From positions 87,278 to 119,277 of the forward strand of contig CAZNZM010000001.1 of the NCBI GenBank assembly GCA_964577555.1: a stretch of 32,000 bases of DNA. Direction: 5' to 3'. Position numbers and translations under genes: made by a program. Positions 27,332 to 32,000 of this stretch are shown piece by piece. Below the pieces are notes generated by a model, which was not told the origin of the DNA, made no database searches, and saw nothing but the letters and a program-made list of their open reading frames with translations. This DNA is from an uncultured archaeon. GTDB taxonomy: Archaea > Iainarchaeota > Iainarchaeia > Iainarchaeales > Iainarchaeaceae. Every line of letters starts with the position of its first letter. Position 1 is the stretch's first letter.

Positions 27332-28699
27332 ATGAACGCGGAAATTTTCAGGGAATATGACATAAGAGGTTTAGGGGAAACTGACCTAACCGACGAAGTA
27401 GTTGTTAAAATTGGCAAAGCCTATGGGACAATGGTTTTACAAAAAGGCGGAAAAGAAGTAGTAATAGGAAATGACAACAGAGAAACAAGCCCAAGAATTC
27501 TTAAATCATTGGTTTCAGGAATTACAAGCACCGGACTTAAAGTTATATTAATAGGCGAAGCCACGACACCTGAACTTTATTTTGCAGTCAATTATCTTGA
27601 CAAGGACGGCGGAATAAATGTGACAGGAAGCCACAATCCGCCTGAATACAATGGATTCAAAATACTTGTTGGAAAAGAAGCAATACATGGCAAAGCCATA
27701 CAAAAATTGAAAAGAATTGCTCAATCTGGAAAATTTTTAGATGGAAGAGGCGATGTTTCAAAAATAAACATTGATAATGAATATTTGAATGAAATAGCAA
27801 AGCGGGTTAATGTCAAAAGAAAATTAAAAGTAGTGATTGATGCGGGAAACGGCATGGCATCAGAGCTTGCACCAAAACTTATGAAAATTCTTGGTTGTGA
27901 AGTAAAAGAACTTTTTTGTGAAAAATTGCAAGGATACCCGAATCATATTCCTGACCCAAGCCAAGAAAAAAATGTTGTTGAGCTTGAAAAAGAAGTTGTA
28001 AAAGAAAAGGCTGATTTAGGAATTGCTTTTGATGGCGATGCTGATAGAATAGGAATTGTTGATGAAAAAAGCAAACTTGTTTTCGGCGACAAGCTTCTTG
28101 GAATACTTGCAAAACACGAATTGGCAAAAAAACCAGGTTCTACAATAATCTTTGAAGTAAAATGCTCGCAAGGATTGGAAGAATGGATTTCTAAACTTGG
28201 CGGAAAACCATTAATGTGGAAAACAGGGCACAGTTTAATAAAAGAAAAAATGAAAAAAGAAAAAGCTATTCTTGCGGGCGAAATGTCAGGACATATGTTC
28301 TTTGCAAACGACTGGTATGGCTTTGACGACGCTTTGCTTGCGGCTGCAAAAGTAATTGAAATAGCATCAGCATCAAAAATGAAAATAAGCGAAATGGTTT
28401 CAGAACAACCGGATTACTTTGCTTCCCCGGAATATAGAGTTGACTTTCCAGACTCGGAAAAATTCGCTTTCGTTGAAAAAGCAAAAAAACATTTTTCAAA
28501 AAAATACAAAATAATTGATGTAGATGGGGCAAGAGTTTTATTTCCTAACGGGTGGGCCCTTGTAAGAGCCTCAAATACCCAACCAAAATTGATTTTAAGA
28601 ATGGAAGGCAAAACCGAAAAGGATTTAGAAGAAATAAAGAAAAAATTTCTCATGGAAGTAAAAGAATTTTACCCTAAAGGAATCAAACTAGCCGAATGA
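27332..28699 (+). CDS. Phosphomannomutase/phosphoglucomutase (alpha-D-phosphohexomutase family)
   Basis: FREYDIRGLG; VTGSHNPPEYNGFK active-site loop; IAFDGDADRIG; GEMSGHMFF. Confidence 0.95.
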   Translation: MNAEIFREYDIRGLGETDLTDEVVVKIGKAYGTMVLQKGGKEVVIGNDNRETSPRILKSLVSGITSTGLKVILIGEATTPELYFAVNYLDKDGGINVTGSHNPPEYNGFKILVGKEAIHGKAIQKLKRIAQSGKFLDGRGDVSKINIDNEYLNEIAKRVNVKRKLKVVIDAGNGMASELAPKLMKILGCEVKELFCEKLQGYPNHIPDPSQEKNVVELEKEVVKEKADLGIAFDGDADRIGIVDEKSKLVFGDKLLGILAKHELAKKPGSTIIFEVKCSQGLEEWISKLGGKPLMWKTGHSLIKEKMKKEKAILAGEMSGHMFFANDWYGFDDALLAAAKVIEIASASKMKISEMVSEQPDYFASPEYRVDFPDSEKFAFVEKAKKHFSKKYKIIDVDGARVLFPNGWALVRASNTQPKLILRMEGKTEKDLEEIKKKFLMEVKEFYPKGIKLAE

Positions 28700-28814
28700 A
28701 TTGGTGAATTGATGCCTATTAAAGCATATTCAGCTAAAAATAAGTAGTATAACCTAATTTATGTGGTTTTAATAGATTTTTAAAAGGGAAAGACAGGTTA
28801 TATATCTGATAACA

Positions 28815-30596
28815 ATGCGTTTATCAGCACTTATATTGACAATTGTCTTGGTTATTGCGTTTTTACCATGCGTATTTGCATGGGACGTTTTTTGGCTCAG
28901 GGGAGAAGACACCCAAATATTGGTAAACGGAAATTTTCACAATTCAATTTCTGAAGGAAAGCCGACAGAATTTGTCAATGAAACCAAAATAGAATTAAAC
29001 CAGAAAAATAAAACTGTGGAATTTTATCATGAGCCTCTTCAAACCGACATAAAATTGTCTGGCAAAGCATATTTATGGATTTCCAAAATCAAAGGCTCTG
29101 GAAAATTAAGGTTCAACATTATTGATTTTAACCCCAATTCAAACAATGAAACCAAAATAGCATCTTCTCAATGGACAGAAATCATAAATGAAAAGCCATT
29201 CGAAGCCACAGCCGAGATAGGAGAAAGCTACATACTTGAAAAATCAAACATGCTAAAAATTTTGATTGAATTGTCAGGGGAAAAAGATTCGGCGGAATTC
29301 CTTTTAGACAAATTCGAAGAAGACTCGGAAACTTCTTGGAGCGCTCCAAACAACGAAATCTACTCAATAAAAGGAATACGCGAGACAGGGGCAATACTTT
29401 TTGACGCATACGGATTGCCACCAATAATTTGCAGAAGCCCGACTGAATGCCAAGACAATAACGCTTCAACCACTGACATATGCTTCTTTCCAGACACATA
29501 CAAATCATTTTGCGGAAACGAATATGAAGGCTGCACTATTTCATGCAACGAAAAAAAAGACTGCACAGAAAAAAAATTAGGCGAATGCATAAAGCCTGGA
29601 AGCTGTTCAAGTTATTGCTTATACGGCGAAGCCAAAACCAAGGAAATTCAACAAAACCAAGAAAACAAGAAAAAAACAGGATTGTATGTTGAATTACAAA
29701 AATTTTCGCAAAAAGAATACAAAAAAGGTTCATTTGTCAGAATAAGTGCAACAGTATTTGACAACTCAGGAAAAAAAATTTTCGACGCAAGAATGCGGGG
29801 AGAAAATTCACAAGGAGTAACCTTTCCAATGAGAGATATAGGAATAGGAACATATGAAGGGTTTTTCCAAATACCCAACCAAATCAAGCCAGGAATAATG
29901 TATGTCAAGGTTATAGCTGAACGCGAAGGAGTTGAAGCATCTGACGAAGAATCTTTCAAGATAACGAATTCAAAAATTAACCTGGAAATAACAACAAAAA
30001 AATCAAAACAAGTTGGATCGGAAAAAATAGTTTATTTGGCAAACAAAAATTCAGGAAATTTTGAAATAGGGGAAAAAATAATATTCAACGTCAAAGCTGA
30101 ATATGAAAACACAGAACCGGTAATAACTGATAATATTTACGCGGAAATAAAATCAAAGCCGATACAGCTAAAAGCAATAGATAAAGGATTATATGAGGGC
30201 GAATACTTAGTAGGCGAAAAAGATGAAGGAACACTGCCTGTAAAAATATATTTAGACGACGGCTATGGCAACCTCGTTGAAGAAAAATTTGAATTAACAA
30301 TAACCGGAATTACATTAACAAGTTGGCTCCTTCAAAACAGTTTATTAGTAGCAATATTAGGAACAATTGCATTAATTTTGATTTGGCACGGATTTTTGTT
30401 TATTGAACACAAAAACAAAATAAACGAACTAAAAAAAAGAGAAGCTGAAATAATTACGGAAATAAAAAACCTTCAAACAGAATATTTCATAAATGGAAAA
30501 ATAGACAAAAACGTTTATACAAAAAAAATGACTCATTTGGAACCGGAATTAAAAAAAATAAGGCAAGAAATAAGTGCTGCACAAAAAAACGGATAA
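28815..30596 (+). CDS. Large secreted protein with Ig-like modules, Cys-rich region, C-terminal TM and cytoplasmic coiled-coil/SHOCT-like tail
   Basis: Signal MRLSALILTIVLVIAFLPCVFA; C-terminal SLLVAILGTIALILIWHGFLFI followed by KKREAEIITEIKNLQTEYFINGKIDKNVYTKKMTHLEPELKKIRQEI. Confidence 0.75.
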   Translation: MRLSALILTIVLVIAFLPCVFAWDVFWLRGEDTQILVNGNFHNSISEGKPTEFVNETKIELNQKNKTVEFYHEPLQTDIKLSGKAYLWISKIKGSGKLRFNIIDFNPNSNNETKIASSQWTEIINEKPFEATAEIGESYILEKSNMLKILIELSGEKDSAEFLLDKFEEDSETSWSAPNNEIYSIKGIRETGAILFDAYGLPPIICRSPTECQDNNASTTDICFFPDTYKSFCGNEYEGCTISCNEKKDCTEKKLGECIKPGSCSSYCLYGEAKTKEIQQNQENKKKTGLYVELQKFSQKEYKKGSFVRISATVFDNSGKKIFDARMRGENSQGVTFPMRDIGIGTYEGFFQIPNQIKPGIMYVKVIAEREGVEASDEESFKITNSKINLEITTKKSKQVGSEKIVYLANKNSGNFEIGEKIIFNVKAEYENTEPVITDNIYAEIKSKPIQLKAIDKGLYEGEYLVGEKDEGTLPVKIYLDDGYGNLVEEKFELTITGITLTSWLLQNSLLVAILGTIALILIWHGFLFIEHKNKINELKKREAEIITEIKNLQTEYFINGKIDKNVYTKKMTHLEPELKKIRQEISAAQKNG

Positions 30597-30691
30597 AAAT
30601 ACCAAAAGACAAAGAGCGATATGTTTTTTAGCGGTAATAACTACGTTATTTGGAAACAATAAATGCCTTAATCGACTCTATGGTGTAAAAA

Positions 30692-32000
30692 TGGATGAAA
30701 ATAAAAGCAAAAACGAGCCACAAGAAAAAAAGCCGATTTTAGCCATATTCTCAAAATTGATTGGCACTGAAAAAGAAAAGGAAAAACAAATAGAAAACAA
30801 AGAAATACAAACATTTATACCTGAATTGAAAACTGACGGAAAAGGCAAGGTAAACGAAATAATAGTGGAATCGCCTTTAGATGAAAAAAATCCAGTCAAG
30901 AAAAACAAAGAAAAAAATAATGTGGAAGAAGAAGGCGGAGACCAAAAAGAAATAAAAGATGCAATTGAAGAAACAAAATTCATAAAAAATACTGCAAAAC
31001 TGCTTGATGAAAAGACTGATAAAAGCAACTATAATGAAACTGAAAAGACCGAATATGAAACAAATGGCAATTCGAAAGTATCTTTGCTAATTCTTGAAAA
31101 CCGAAATTACGATAAGGGGATTTCAATACTTTTAAAAAAAATGGCTTATGATTATGAAAAAAACATGTACGTTGCACTAAACGAAACCATAGAAGAAATG
31201 GAAAACAGGTTTTATGAAGAAAAAATAGAGAAAAAAAAATTTGTTATAATAGATACTCTGACTTTAGGATCAAAAAACGTCAATCAAAAAAAATATGAAA
31301 ATTGCATTTTTGTAGCAAGCCCTAATGCACTCATAGAATTAAGTCTTGCAATAATGCAAGGAATAAATAATTGGAAAGCAAAAGCCATTCTTTTTGACTC
31401 GATTTCAACCCTTTTGATATATGAAAACGAAAAAACGGTTTCAAGATTTGTGCGCTCGATAATTGGAAAAATAAGGGCTTCCGGAATAGACGCTTATTTC
31501 ACCGTATTGGCCGGAGATTCAAAAAAAGACGTTATAAAAGAATTGAGACCATTTTTTGACAAAGCAAACAATCTTGAAGAATTTGTTTCAGAGCAATTTC
31601 CCGGATTTGAAATAGAATCAATAAAAAGACAAAAATGGTACGATGAAGATGAAGAATTGGAAAATTATAAAACTGCACGCCTTAATTCGGAACCGGCAAT
31701 ATTCATGGCTGAAATACAGGCTTTGAAAAGAAAAATCAAGGATTCACAAAAAAACAATTTGATGTGGAAAGATTTGAATTATTTAAAAGAAAAATTGGAA
31801 AAGCTGGAAGGCATGAAAGAAAAAATAAACAAAATTGAAGGATTGACAGAAAATGAAAAAAATAAATACAAAGAAATTAGTGCAACTCTTGAAGAAGTAA
31901 AGGAAAAATTAAAAAAAATGGAAACGGTTTCAAAACTTGAAGAAGAAATCAAAGAGGTTTACAGAAAAATAGAGGAAATAGATGAAAAAGCGCAATTGAG
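30692..32000 (+). CDS. KaiC/RecA-like domain protein with degenerate P-loop and long C-terminal coiled coil (partial, runs off the window)
   Basis: Own translation from ATG 30692 (not in the track): VSLLILENRNYDKGISILLKKMAYDYEKNMYVALNETIEEM...NNWKAKAILFDSISTLLIYENEKTVSRFVRSIIGKIRASG, then a Lys/Glu-rich coiled coil to 32000. Confidence 0.7.

Noticed and set aside
30678-31028. 116-aa minus-strand Ser/Phe-rich ORF
   Set aside because: Complement of the Lys/Glu-rich N-terminus of the 30692..32000 plus-strand gene.

Overview
AT-rich 32 kb chromosomal segment that looks archaeal, probably a small-genome DPANN-type lineage (lineage is inference). Supporting genes: TYW1/Taw1 wyosine synthase, cupin-type glucose-6-phosphate isomerase, archaeal-type PGK, class III (KGQ-type) prepilin signal peptides, and a FlaI/TadA-like ATPase with two TadC/FlaJ-like membrane platform proteins. 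Housekeeping genes include a bacterial-type GAPDH, a PfkB-family kinase, bacterial-type CoaD/CoaE and phosphomannomutase/phosphoglucomutase. The main accessory feature is a roughly 10 kb co-directional cluster (about 14.7-24.6 kb). It encodes pilin-like proteins, an 866-aa VWA protein whose VWA domain seems to be split just after the MIDAS motif by two tandem domain copies, secreted proteins, a winged-helix-like protein, the ATPase and two platform proteins. I read this as an archaeal type IV pilus-like system with a VWA adhesin. Other points of note: T-rich (minus-strand sense) GCGAGCC repeat elements just 3' of two minus-strand genes; two probably frameshifted genes and one gene with an in-frame stop; an NFACT-N protein lacking its C-terminal half; a transglutaminase-like protein without the expected Cys; and a KaiC/RecA-like protein without a visible P-loop that runs off the window edge. 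No tRNA, rRNA, CRISPR or transposase was recognised.
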